A DNA stretch of 64,000 nt from Octopus vulgaris (GCA_951406725.2 OX597818.1:124248001-124312000), one strand, 5' to 3'. Positions 1 to 12,412 are shown, counted from the first letter of the stretch. Numbers and translations are program-made. The notes: generated from the sequence alone by a model not told the origin.

Positions 1-62
1 CAAGCTCTTCGGATCCGAATAAAGGATTATCAATTGCATTTATAGTTTACACAGTTTTTCAA

Positions 63-283
63 TACCTATTTCTTTATTACCTACAAGGGGCTAAACAAGG
101 ACAGACATAGGTATTAAGTCGATTACATCGACCCCAGTGCGAAACTGGTACTTTATTTATCGACCCCGAAAGGATGAAAGGCAAAGTCGACCTCGGCGGA
201 ATTTGAACTCACAACGTAACGCAGACGAAATACCGCTAAGCATTTCGCCCGGCGTGCTAACGTTTCTGCCAGCTCGTTGCCTT
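63..283 (-). mobile_element. SINE family B copy (tRNA-like head, Meta-domain-like core)
   Basis: Reverse complement of the recurrent GGCGAGCTGGCAGAAACG...GAGTTCAAATTCC...GAGGTCGACTTTGCCTTTCATCCTTTCGGGGTCGATAAA...AATAAAGAAATA unit, seen more than 10 times in the window. The core resembles the MetaSINE domain as recalled. Confidence 0.85.
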
Positions 284-313
284 AAATGTTATTCTGTTAT
301 ATGTTCAAGTGTT

Positions 314-730
314 AAGGCGGCGAGCTGGCAGAAACGTTAACACGCCGGGCGAAATGCTTAGCAGTATTTCGTCTGCCGTTACGTTCTGAGTTCAAATTCT
401 TCCGAGGTCGACTTTGCCTTTCGTCCTTTCGGGGTCGATAAATAAAGTACCAGTTTCGCACTGGGGTCGATGTAATCGACTTAATCCGTTTGTCTGTCCT
501 TGTTTGTCCCCTCTATGTTTAGCCCCTTGTGGGCAATAAAGAAATAGGTATTTCGTCTGCCGTTACGTTCTGAGTTCAAATTCTTCCGAGGTCGACTTTG
601 CCTTTCGTCCTTTCGGGGTCGATAAATAAAGTACCAGTTTCGCACTGGGGTCGATGTAATCGACTTAATCCCTTTGTCTGTCCTTGTTTGTCTCCTCTAT
701 GTTTAGCCACTTGTGGGCAGTAAAGAAATA
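314..730 (+). mobile_element. SINE family B with internal tandem duplication of about 184 bp
   Basis: Full copy at 314-547 followed by a headless repeat at 548-730. Flanked by near-identical TATATGTTCAAGTGT (298-312) and TATATGCTCAAGTGT (731-745), a likely target-site duplication. Confidence 0.85.
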
Positions 731-1100
731 TATATGCTCAAGTGTCACGGTAAACTATGAAAGGCAATCGAAGATATAATCGAGTATCACACCTTAAACA
801 GCTTGAAGTACGGAATGCAATTGAAGATATAATCATTTCAGAATGATAGGTGCAGACATGGGTGTGTGGTCCGTAACTATGTGGTTTCGGGTTCTGTCTG
901 AGGGCGCAGCACTTTGTGCAGTTACCTTCTACTATAGTCCCGGACCAACCAGTGCGGAGTAAATTAATCTGGGAGAGGAAAATTGTCTGGAAGCTCGCCG
1001 TGTGTGTGTTTGTGTGTGTGTATGTGTGTGTGTGAGTGTGCGTGTGTATGTATGCATATATATGTGTGTGTGTATATGTATGTATATAAATATATATATA

Positions 1101-1489
1101 CTCTTTACTCTTTTACTTGTTTCAGTCATTTGATTGCGGCCATGCTGGAGCACCGCCTTTAATCGAGCAACTCGACCCCGTAAGCCCAGTACTTATTCTA
1201 TCGGTCTCTTTTGCCGAACCGCTAAGTGACGGGGACGTAAACACACCAGCATCGGTTGTCAAGCAATGCTAGGGGGACAAACACAGGCACACACACACAC
1301 ATACATACATATATATACATATATACGACAGGCTTCTTTCAGTTTCCGTCTACCAAATCCACTCACAAGGCATTGGTCGGCCCGGGACTATAGCAGAAGA
1401 CACTTACCCAAGATGCCACGTAGTGGGATTGAACCCGGAACCATGTGGTTGGTTAGCAAGCTATTTACCACACAGCCACTCCTGCGCCT
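1101..1489 (-). mobile_element. SINE family A (tRNA-derived head, CORE-like block, central microsatellite)
   Basis: Minus strand reads A-box-like TGGCTGTGTGG, B-box-like GGTTCAATCCC, a CORE-like TTGGGYAAGTGTCTT block, a (TA/TG)n middle and an (AAAGAGT)n tail. About 20 copies occur in the window. Confidence 0.9.
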
Positions 1490-1494
1490 TGAAC

Positions 1495-2066
1495 ATATAT
1501 ATAATATTAATAATAAAAGGGTAAAATTAATTAATTAATCAGTCAATTAATTAATTAATAATTAATAATTTTACCAAGTAGATCGGTACGAAAGAATAAA
1601 CTTTTTTAGGTAAAAATTATACAAATATTCTATAATTATAAACATAATTATAATTAAGGGTCAGCTAATTGCTTCACCACTCTCCGAATTTAGGAACAGG
1701 AGTTAAAATTCTTTTTCTGCATATATTTTTGGAAGTGTTGGATGGATGGATAACAGTTATGCAACGGCGCTCGATCGCGTACATATTTAATCATAGCACT
1801 CTTAAATTTATATTTGAAATTCTGCATTGAAGATGTGAAATAAGTAAATATAACTTTACTTTAATCTCGAAACGCGTATGTAGCTAATCTGAGTCGCGTG
1901 GATTCGCTATTTTTTTTTTTTTTTGCCTGCTTAAAAAAGTGTTTTACTATCTGGGAGATCTTTACGGTAGCAGAAAAGGAATTTTAACTCCTATTTCTAA
2001 ATTCGGTGCGTGGTAAAGCAATTATCTGACCCCTAATTATAATTACGTTTATAATTATAGAATATT

Positions 2067-2068
<2 letters not shown>
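1495..2068. mobile_element. TA-embedded element with ~98-bp inverted repeat enclosing a hammerhead-like motif (Penelope pLTR-like)
   Basis: Arms 1623-1720 and 1970-2068 are reverse complements with about 10 mismatches. TTGAAGA...CGAAACGCGTA lies at 1827-1878. Confidence 0.55.
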
Positions 2069-2099
<31 letters not shown>

Positions 2100-2112
<13 letters not shown>

Positions 2113-2153
2113 TATGTTTTATTTATTAATATATATATATATATATAAACCAC

Positions 2154-2197
<44 letters not shown>

Positions 2198-2573
2198 GTG
2201 GTTTATATATATATATATATATATATTAATAAATAAAACATATGCATATATATATATACATATATGTACGTACCTACCTCTACATGTATATATACACGCA
2301 TATATCAGTACAGGACACCAAAAAAAAAAACGTCGAACACAATGAGAAACGAAAACATAGACACAAACCCAAGGAACTGGACATTTTTCTTAAACAACAA
2401 AAAAAATAGAGTACAGGACAAATAACACAAGGGTTTGTGTCTATGTTTTCGTATCTCATTGTGTTCGACGTTTTTTTGGTGTCCTGTACTCATATATGCG
2501 TGTATATATACATGTAGCGGTAGGTAGTACATATATGTATATATATATATATGCATATGTTTTATTTATTAAT
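2100..2573. repeat. Two overlapping palindromes built from one repeat-family end
   Basis: 2100-2255 is palindromic around (TA)n, and 2225-2370 is inverted at 2431-2573. The same family occurs at 43512-43770. Confidence 0.85.
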
Positions 2574-2620
2574 ATATTATATGACGGAACGCACGCATCC
2601 CTTTCTATATATATATGGTT

Positions 2621-2701
<81 letters not shown>

Positions 2702-2819
2702 ATGTATGTATGTATGTATGTATGTATGTATGTATGTATGTATGTATGTATGTATGTATGTATGTACAGTAATCCCTTGACTATCGCAGTAATTCCTTGG
2801 CTATTACGTTCCAAAGCCA

Positions 2820-2907
2820 CTCGTTACGGGGACGTAAACACACCACCATCGTTTGTCAAGGGATGTTGGTGGGTGGGACAATCACAGACACACACACATA
2901 CACACAA

Positions 2908-2940
<33 letters not shown>

Positions 2941-3087
2941 CGACGGGCTCCTTTTAGTTTCCGTCTACCAAATTGACTCACAATGCTTTGGTCGGCTCGA
3001 GGCTATAGTAGAAAACACTCGCCCATGGTGCCACGCAATGGGACTGAACCCGGAACCATGTTACTTACCGCACAGCCACTCCTGCGC
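2820..3087 (-). mobile_element. SINE family A, partial and diverged
   Basis: Matches the head and middle of family A, with deletions. Confidence 0.8.
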
Positions 3088-3344
3088 TTATATATATATA
3101 CATATATATATATATTATATATACACACACATATATGTACATATATGCGCACGCCTGCACGCACGCACACACACAAACCTATGTACTTTAAATATATGTT
3201 TGTGGTAAAAAGACCACGAACATTTTGGAGTATAGATGTTCATATCGACCCTACATATACCACTAAATACTTTATACTATCGATTCCTGGAAGAACAATA
3301 GTCGAAGTCGACCTCGGCGAAGCACAAGGTGTGAATTTAATAAA

Positions 3345-3423
<79 letters not shown>

Positions 3424-3424
<1 letters not shown>

Positions 3425-3576
3425 TATGTTTGAGTTTTGCTTTATATTTGTACAAGTTGGCTCCAAGTCTCACCCAGAGACCTCAAGAGACAACAGGTTG
3501 GAAGTTCATGTTGTTGTTATGCCTAGTGTGCCATATATTTGGGGGGTTGGTTGGTTATTACTATTATTATTATTAC

Positions 3577-3629
<53 letters not shown>

Positions 3630-3761
3630 TATGTTTGAGTTTTGCTTTATATTTGTACAAGTTGGCTCCAAGTCTCACCCAGAGACCTCAAGAGACAACA
3701 GGTTGGAAGTTCATGTTGTTGTTATGCCTAGTGTGCCATATATTTGGGGGGTTGGTTGGTT
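3424..3761 (-). mobile_element. Two identical 133-bp LINE 3' ends (R4/Dong-like) within (ATT)n
   Basis: 3424-3556 is identical to 3629-3761, and each copy is bounded by (ATT)n. The minus strand ends ...GAGGTCTCTGGGTGAGACTTGGAGCCAAC...AACATAG(AAT)n. The clade call is inferred from the TAA-repeat target and recalled similarity. Confidence 0.5.
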
Positions 3762-3781
3762 ATTATTATTATTATTATTAC

Positions 3782-3821
<40 letters not shown>

Positions 3822-3951
3822 GTTAATATTATTATTATTATAACAATAACAATAATAATAATAACAACAACAACAACAACAACAACAACAACGATAACAC
3901 TAACAACAACAATAACAATAATAACAATAATAATAATAATAATAATACAAT

Positions 3952-3997
<46 letters not shown>

Positions 3998-4262
3998 GTT
4001 GCTGTTGCTGTTGCTGTTGCTGCTGTTGTTGTTGTTGTTGTTGTTGTTGTTATTATTATTATTGTTATTATCATTATTATTATTATTATTATTATTTAGT
4101 GAGAGAGTATCACGCCATGGAAGTGACGCTGAGATACAAATATACAAAGCCCAATATATCCATCATGACTCTCTTTGTCCGATAAGAGTACACAGGCATG
4201 TGCAGCATAGACAAATATAATTGGCTACACCGACCCGTTCCCTTCCAAAGACAATGCTGCGG

Positions 4263-4688
4263 AGGAGTGGCTGTGTGGTAAGTAGCTTGCTAACCAACCA
4301 CATGGTTCCGGGTTCAGTCCCACTGCGTGGCATCTTGGGCAAGTGTCTTCTGCTATAGCCCCGGGCCGACCAATGCCTTGTGAGTGGATTTGGTAGACGG
4401 AAACTGAAAGAAGCCTGTCGTATATATGTATATATATATATATATATGTGTGTATGGGTGTGTATATGTTTGTGTGTCTGTGTTTGTCCCCTTAAGCATT
4501 GCTTGACAACCGATGCTGGTGTGTTTACGTCCCCGTCACTTAGCGGTTTGGCAAAAGAGACCGATAGAATAAGTACTGGGCTTACAAAAGAATAAGTCCC
4601 GGGGTCGAGTTGCTCGACTAAAGGTTGTGCTCCAGCATGGCCGCAGTCAAATGACTGAAACAAGTAAAAGAGTAAAAGAGTAAAAGAT
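4263..4688 (+). mobile_element. SINE family A, full length
   Basis: Head AGGAGTGGCTGTGTGG through the (AAAAGAGT)n tail. Confidence 0.9.
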
Positions 4689-5045
4689 TATATGTCTCAG
4701 GAATAGGTGGAGTGCGACAGGATGTAGAATGGAAGAAACTGCTTCATGTAAGCGTTTTGTTGTTGTTGTTGTTCTTGTTGGTGATGATGACAACGACGAC
4801 GACCGTGATGGCAGTGAGGGCTGATAAGTCTAGGTACTGGAAAGGCTCTCTATGTATCTTATGTCAATCTACTCGTGCATCAAACTGGAGACTGGAAAAA
4901 CAAGAATGTTTTATATCAAGGCCTTCGCCAGAATAATCTATACGTAAATATATATTCTTGTATACTGTGGCTGGAGGGAAGAATTCGTAGTAACCAAACA
5001 ATACCAGCAATTACGAAGCCGAGTTTTATAAAGACGAATACAGCT

Positions 5046-5640
5046 TGGATGGATGTTTGGGTGGATGAACGGATGAGCAAAAGGGATGGATGGATGGATG
5101 GGTGGGTGGGTGGATACATAGATTGAGGCTTGGGTAGATCAGATGACTGATGTGTATTGTTGGAGGGTGAACAGATGGTGGCTGGGTGGGTGGACGGATC
5201 GATAAGTGCATGGGGTAGATAAGACGATGGATGGGTGAATAGCTAAAGAAATGGATGGGTGGATAGTTGGCGGGGTAGGTGAATGGATAGTCGGTTAGAT
5301 GGATGGAGGGATGGATGGATGGATGGGTAAGTAGTTGGATGGATATATGGTCGGGCAGATGGTAGAATAGCTTGATCGATGGGTGAGTGAATGGTGGATG
5401 GGTGGACGGCTGGGTATTTGGCTGAGTGAAGAGTGGATGGAGGCATGGTCGAATTGAAGGGTGGAAGATGGATGAATGGATGGGTGGGGGTAGAAGGTGT
5501 GTGTAGATCAGTGGATGGGTGGCTGGAGGGATAGATGGACGCTTGAATGAATGGCTAAATGGGTGGACGGTTAAATGGGTGGATGGATGGATAGATGGTT
5601 GGATAGTTTGATGGGTGGGTAAATCAGTGGTTTGTTGGTT
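5046..5640 (+). repeat. Degenerate (GGAT/GGGT)n G-rich tract
   Basis: Strongly G-skewed decayed tetranucleotide repeat. Confidence 0.8.
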
Positions 5641-5922
5641 TCACGGTTAAATAATTAGGTATACTGGTTAGCTAATTTGAATGGATGGTTTGAAGGAGGG
5701 GATGGACGAATGTATAACGGAAGTCGAGTACGGGTAGGAATGGAGGAAGAAAGAAAGAGAAAAAAGCAAGAAGAAGAAAAGAAAGAAGAAATAAAAAAAA
5801 AATGGGAGTTGGGTAGCAGTGGTGGGAGAAAATGTAGGGAGATTTAGCGAGTTTAAGGAAACTAGCAAGAGTTTCATAACACTATCGGAAATCGATCAAA
5901 CATGTTCCTTCTTGCATCCGAC

Positions 5923-5975
<53 letters not shown>

Positions 5976-6371
5976 TTTCTCATGGTTGTTCCTCTTATTT
6001 TTGTCCACTCCTCCCTCTCACTCACTCATCCAATCTTTTTCTTTCTCCCCATTGTTCATTGACAGGTAGTATTATATTTGTTGGTGTGTATGTATATATG
6101 TATGTATGTAAGTATGTATGTATGTATGTATGTACGTACGTACGCACGTACGTATGTATGCATGTATGTATGTATGTATGTATGTATGTATGTATGCATT
6201 CATGCATGTATATGCTATTATGCATACATTTGTGTGTATATATCTATGTATTTATTATGCATTTTTTTATTCTGCTACTTGTTTCAGTCATTTGACTGCG
6301 ACCACGACGGGGCTAAACAGTAGTAACATCGTCCTAAGCAGGACTGCCACTTTACGTTGACAAATAGACTT

Positions 6372-6511
<140 letters not shown>

Positions 6512-6518
6512 ATGTATG

Positions 6519-6591
<73 letters not shown>

Positions 6592-6949
6592 TGTGGGTTC
6601 GATTCCCGGACCGGGCGGCGCGTTGTGTTCATGTGCAAAACACTTCATTTCATGTTGCACTGGGATCTTTTCGACATCGGACGTTTAACACACTTGTTAT
6701 CCTAGACGAGCAATGCAGTGAGTTCGTGTAAACACAAACAATTGACCACGATGAGCTATGTAGTTGCTAAGCCAGAAATTGCAGAAACCTTTTCGGTCGA
6801 TTTTAACATCAATAGCCCAGAGGTTGACTTTGCCTTTCATCCTTTCGGAGTCGATAAAATAAGTACCCGTTGGGCACTAAGTTCAATATAATCGACTTAT
6901 CCACTCTCCTGAAATTGTTGGACTAAAATCAATATTATTTTTCTTAATA

Positions 6950-7170
6950 GGGCAGCGAGCTGGCAGAATCTTGCGCACGGCGATCGAAAATGCCGACCGT
7001 CATTTTGTCTGTCATTACATTCTGAGTTCAAATTCCGCTGTGGTTGACTTTGCCTTTCATCCTTTCAGAGGTTGATAAAATAAGTACCAGTTGAACACGG
7101 GGGTCGATGTGATCGACTAACTCCCTCTCCCGAAATTTAGGGCCTTGTGCCTATAACAGAAAGGATTATC
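6950..7170 (+). mobile_element. SINE family B variant with alternative tail
   Basis: B head and core, then the tail CCCGAAATTTAGGGCCTTGTGCCTATAACAGAAAGGATT. A second partial copy lies at about 6815-6925. Confidence 0.75.
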
Positions 7171-7302
7171 ATTTCTCTTAATCTGTCTTCATTCTGCCTA
7201 ATCTGCAACAGGATAAAATAATTTAACAACATCAAAGTGACATCTAATTTCATCCCATATCATATATTTTCGTATAACCTCGCAACTTTACAATTTATTT
7301 AA

Positions 7303-7622
7303 GGCGAACGGCTCAGTAGTTAGAGCGTCGGGCTCGCAATCATGAAGTAGTGAGTTCGATTCCCGGACCGGGCTGTATGTTTTATTCCTGAGCAAGACTC
7401 TTTATTTCACGTTATTCCAGTTGTGATATCACTGGGGCCAAGCTGTATCGGCCCCTTTGCATTTCCCTTGGATAGCATCGGTGGTGTGAATAGAGGAAGG
7501 TGGTATGCATGGACAACTGCTGGTCTTCCATAAACAAACTTGCCTGGACTTGTGCCCTCGAAGGGCAAATTTCCTGATGCAATCCAATGGTCATACATGA
7601 CCGAAAGGGGTCTTTACCCTTA
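7303..7622 (+). mobile_element. tRNA-headed SINE (family E)
   Basis: A-box-like GGCTCAGTAGTTAGAGC, B-box GAGTTCGATTCCC, then a CORE-like CCTGAGCAAGACTCTTTAT block and a non-tRNA body. Confidence 0.7.
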
Positions 7623-7789
7623 CAATCATCATCATTAACCGCTGGACATTAACTGTAATGAGTCTGAGGATACGTGGCGTATAAACGACCAAAGTCACAA
7701 CAAACCCTTTGAACAGGTCGCCAGTCCGTTATGGGGGTCACTCATTTACTGCTGTGGGGACTGGAGCAACGTGAACTTAAGTGTTTAAT

Positions 7790-8140
7790 CATTTGTCTTT
7801 TATCTTTTATTTACTTCAGTCACGTTGCTGCGGCCATGCTGTGGCACCGCTTTGAAGGGGTTTTAGTTGAACAAATCGACCCCAGGACTTTTTTTAAAGC
7901 CTAGAGCTTATTCTGAGTTACGGGGACAGGAACAAACCAACACCGGTTGTCAAGTTATTGTGAGGAACAGGCGCAGACACAAAGACTCACACACAGATAC
8001 ATACATACATACATACATACATACATACATACATACATGCATATAGACACACACACACACATGCACACATACATACACATACGATATGCTTCTTTCAGTT
8101 TCCGTCTACCAAATACATTCACAAAGCTTCGCTCGGCCCA
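7790..8140 (-). mobile_element. SINE family A, old diverged copy, followed by a family B head (8163-8247)
   Basis: Recognisable A tail and middle blocks. Confidence 0.7.
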
Positions 8141-8314
8141 AGAATAAAGGGCTGGAGGAACAAGCCGACCTCGGCGGAATTTGAACTCAGAACGTAACGG
8201 CAGACGAAATACTGCTAAGCATTTCGCCCGGTGTGCTAACGTTTCTGTTTCGGGACTACCCTTTCTACGGATAGCATTATATAACGTTGCTATTTGGTAC
8301 CAATCTCATTGGTA

Positions 8315-8850
8315 GATAATAATGATAATAATAATTGTGTACAGTGCTCAGGTGCACTACAACTCATCTAAAGTGTATATATAATCAGGTGTAGTTTCGG
8401 CGGATTTTGGAAAGCATGAGGGCCTTAAAGGATGCAGTGTCATGGCAGTCAACAACTGACGCAGGCAGTTTATTCCATGCTTCAGCAACTCTGAGCGTGA
8501 AAAAATGTTTCCGAAAGTCATGGGAGCTGTGTTGTTTTCTGACTTTGTAGGCATGTCCACGTGTGTTGGACACATGGAGATCAAAAAGGTGTTTAGTGTT
8601 GTTGTTGGTGAGGTGGTTGATAACTTTGTGGGTGTTTACCAAGTCCGTCGCCAGACGCCGGAGCTTCAGTGAATCCATGCCCAGGGAAACAAGACGCTCA
8701 GAGTATGGTAGGTGTCTGATGGAGGGTATGCGTTTGGTTGCACGTCTCTGGACAGATTCCAGGAGGTCAATGTTCTGAGCAAGATAGGGGTTCCAAACTG
8801 ATGATGCGAATTCCAAGTGTGGTCGTACCATAGCTGTATACAGTTTTAAA
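8315..8850 (-). mobile_element. CR1-clade LINE 3' fragment (ORF2 C-terminus, 3' UTR, ATT tail)
   Basis: ORF 8385-8831 contains VRPHLEFASSVWNPY, LESVQRRATK, YSERL, TRGH and FFTLRVAEAWNKLP, which are classic CR1 post-RT motifs. The element is 5'-truncated. Confidence 0.92.
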
Positions 8851-9311
8851 TAGTTTTAAATAGATATTGTTATGGAGGCAGTTTTCGGACAGATATTTAT
8901 GATTTAGGTCACATCTTTGTTGTTACTTCCATGAAATTTGTATCTGTTGTCTTTTAGCAGCATTTCTATTCTTTCAAACTCGTTATTAGTTCAAATATAA
9001 CTTTAACCTCCTGAATAAATTTGCTGTTCCGTATATTTCGAAATATGTAGTATCTATTAATTCCCTTTTCATTCTTTTTTTCTTTTCTTTTACCTAAGAA
9101 TCTGTTCGCACCTTAATTTCAAATCCATAACTGATTTATGTACCACCAACCTTTTCTCAATATAAAATTTAACGGTCATACATGTTAAAATTTACCCCAC
9201 CCTGTCACAAGTTCTCACCTTAAGTTAGCTTTCATTAACTTTCACTTTCGATTTTAACTTCTGTTTCCTTTCATTCTATATAATTTGCATATTAAACGCT
9301 TTCTTTTTTTT

Positions 9312-9524
9312 TACTCTTTTACTTGTTTCAGTCATTTGACTGCGGCCATGCTGGAGCACCGCCTTTAATCAAGCAACTCGATCCCGGGACTTATTCTTTG
9401 TAAGCCCAGTACTTATTCTATCGGTCTCTTTTGCCGAACCGCTAAGTAACAGGGACATAAACACACCAGCATCGGTTGTCAAGCAATGCTAGGGGGACAA
9501 ACACAGACACACAAACACACACAC

Positions 9525-9576
<52 letters not shown>

Positions 9577-9729
9577 GACGGGCTTCTTTCAGTTTCCGTC
9601 TACCAAATCCACTCACAAGGCTTCGGTCGGCCCGAGGTTATAGTAGAAGACACTTGCCCAAGGTGCCACGCAGTGGGACTGAACCCGGAACCATGTGGTT
9701 GGTAAACAAGCTACTTACCACACAGCCAG
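9312..9729 (-). mobile_element. SINE family A
   Basis: Near full-length reverse copy. Confidence 0.9.
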
Positions 9730-9914
9730 ATAATTTTTCTTCCGAAGGTTCTGAAAAATTCAAAGATGAATGAAATAAATTCGTAAGCTTATTTATAAAT
9801 AAATGTCAAAGAAGTACTGACTGCTATATATAATTTCCCGTTAACAAGTACATACTAATACATTTACGCACTCATTGCATACATATGTGTATGTAATGAT
9901 ATATATATATAGCA

Positions 9915-9961
9915 AAAACTGTCCGATGAACGGCAACGGGAAACTCAGAGTAACAGGTTTT
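9915..9961 (+). ncRNA. Minimal type I hammerhead-like motif (variant core) in a TA-flanked ~130-bp element
   Basis: ctgt-CCGATGA-acg(gcaa)cgg-GAAA-ctcagag-TA-acag. AATAAA follows downstream. Confidence 0.5.
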
Positions 9962-10058
9962 GTTGAATTTTCTGCTGCTTTAAATAAAGCATATTACTCT
10001 ACCACTGGTATTTGAGTACTCTTTTTTCCACCTTGTTTCATATTTATGAGTTTACTCC

Positions 10059-10101
<43 letters not shown>

Positions 10102-10107
10102 TGAGAG

Positions 10108-10194
<87 letters not shown>

Positions 10195-10355
10195 GACAGA
10201 CAAACAGAGAGAGACTGAAGGCAAGCAGAAATACTGGCAGATCGATCGATCGATCAATAGATAGGTAGATAGGTCGATGGAAGGAAAAGCAGAAAAACAG
10301 ATAGACAGAAGGCAGAGAGACAGAGAGACAGAGAGGCAGATAGACAGACAGAGTA

Positions 10356-10445
<90 letters not shown>

Positions 10446-10967
10446 GCGGCGTCGTGACATCGTTAAAATTATGAATGGCGTTCTGAAAGTCGGTCAACGT
10501 AACACTCAGTGAAAGATTGGTAGAAGGTAGAGATTGATATGATAAAAAAAAAGTGTACGCACCTACTGTGGTTCTATTCCCCACTCTCTCTCTCTCTCTC
10601 TCTCTTTCACTTTCTTTCTGTCTCTCTTTTCTTTCTCTCTCTCTCTCCTCTCTGTTCGCCTCCTACTTCTACTCTCCCCCTCTCTCTCTCCACACGTACA
10701 TATATAAAATGCGTGTTGATGTATATGTGCACAATTGAATATAGAGAATCGTTAAGTGTGTTTGCTGTCTGCTATACTAAAGTATAGTGTTGTGTTTCTT
10801 TCTCTGAGTGTGTAAATATATATAGTATGTAGGCGATAACTGTGAAAATACAGAGCGCGTACGACTTAATAAAAATTTCAATATGTATGTTCATTTTAAT
10901 TTGAAAATATTTCACTAGAAACACACACTCATACACTCACGCATGCATACAAACAAACATACATACA

Positions 10968-11001
<34 letters not shown>

Positions 11002-11121
11002 CATACATACACACAGCTGCATAACCTCGCCACAAATAGCATTTAACCGGCAGCGTCTCAAGCTTCAGTTAAGCTAATAATTACATACGTACATACGCCC
11101 CCATATAAATTTCAGTGCATG

Positions 11122-11167
<46 letters not shown>

Positions 11168-11173
11168 AATGCA

Positions 11174-11371
<198 letters not shown>

Positions 11372-11994
11372 CATACATACATACATGCATGCATATATAC
11401 ATATACGTTTGTATATGTATATATATATATGTATATATATATGTATGAATGTGTATGTATATTTATCTATCTATCTATCTATATCTAGCTCCATACAATG
11501 TGTGTATGTGTGTGTGTCTGTGTGTGTATGTGTGTGTATCTTGTCTAATTACATCGGCACCTGAGCGTTGTGAAATGGTGGGGACTTCGATCAAGAATCG
11601 AAACCGGGTCATTAATTACGTAATACGGACACAAAAAAGCTGATCTAATAAATAAAAAAAAATTCAGAAAGAGAAAGAGAAAGTAGAAAAAAAAAAGAAT
11701 AGATGTATTGGAGAAAGGGTGGCGAGAACGACAACGAATATGCCATTACTAGAGAGTGGTGTATATGTCGAGAGGGGGGGGGAGGATGCTCTGATGACGT
11801 AAGTGAAGCGCTTCCAAGTAGGAAATGAAACCGGGTCGCAGCCCCGGTTCGACGAACACTTACCGATAACTAAGACCTTCACCCACACTCCTTTCACGCA
11901 TACTTTTAATATCGACCGCTTCAAAAATGTTACTGATGATAATAATGATGCCAAACCAGCAGAGCAGCAGAGCAAAATACAGCACAGTACAAAA

Positions 11995-11995
11995 T

Positions 11996-12065
<70 letters not shown>

Positions 12066-12187
12066 GGTGGTGGTGGTGGTTTTGGCGGCGTTGGAGATGA
12101 AGTTGATAGTAGTAGTAGTAGTAGTAGTAGCGGTTGTAGTAGTAGTAATAGTAGTAGTTGTATTAGTAGTAGTAGTAGTAGTAGTAA

Positions 12188-12224
<37 letters not shown>

Positions 12225-12318
12225 GGTGGTGGTGGTGGTTTTGGCGGCGTTGGAGATGAAGTTGATAGTAGTAGTAGTAGTAGTAGTAGCGGTTGTAGTA
12301 GTAGTAATAGTAGTAGTT

Positions 12319-12351
<33 letters not shown>

Positions 12352-12378
12352 ATAGTAGTAGTAGTAGTAGTAGTAGTC

Positions 12379-12412
<34 letters not shown>

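Noticed and set aside
1266-1538. Recurrent peptide RQASFSFRLPNPLTR...GTEPGTMWLV as a gene family
   Set aside because: It is the antisense translation of SINE family A.
11791-11855. Hammerhead-like CTGATGA...GAAA-CCGGG-loop-CCCGG-TT
   Set aside because: The core and stem III look good, but stem I and the base of stem II do not pair. Treated as chance unless a model search scores it.
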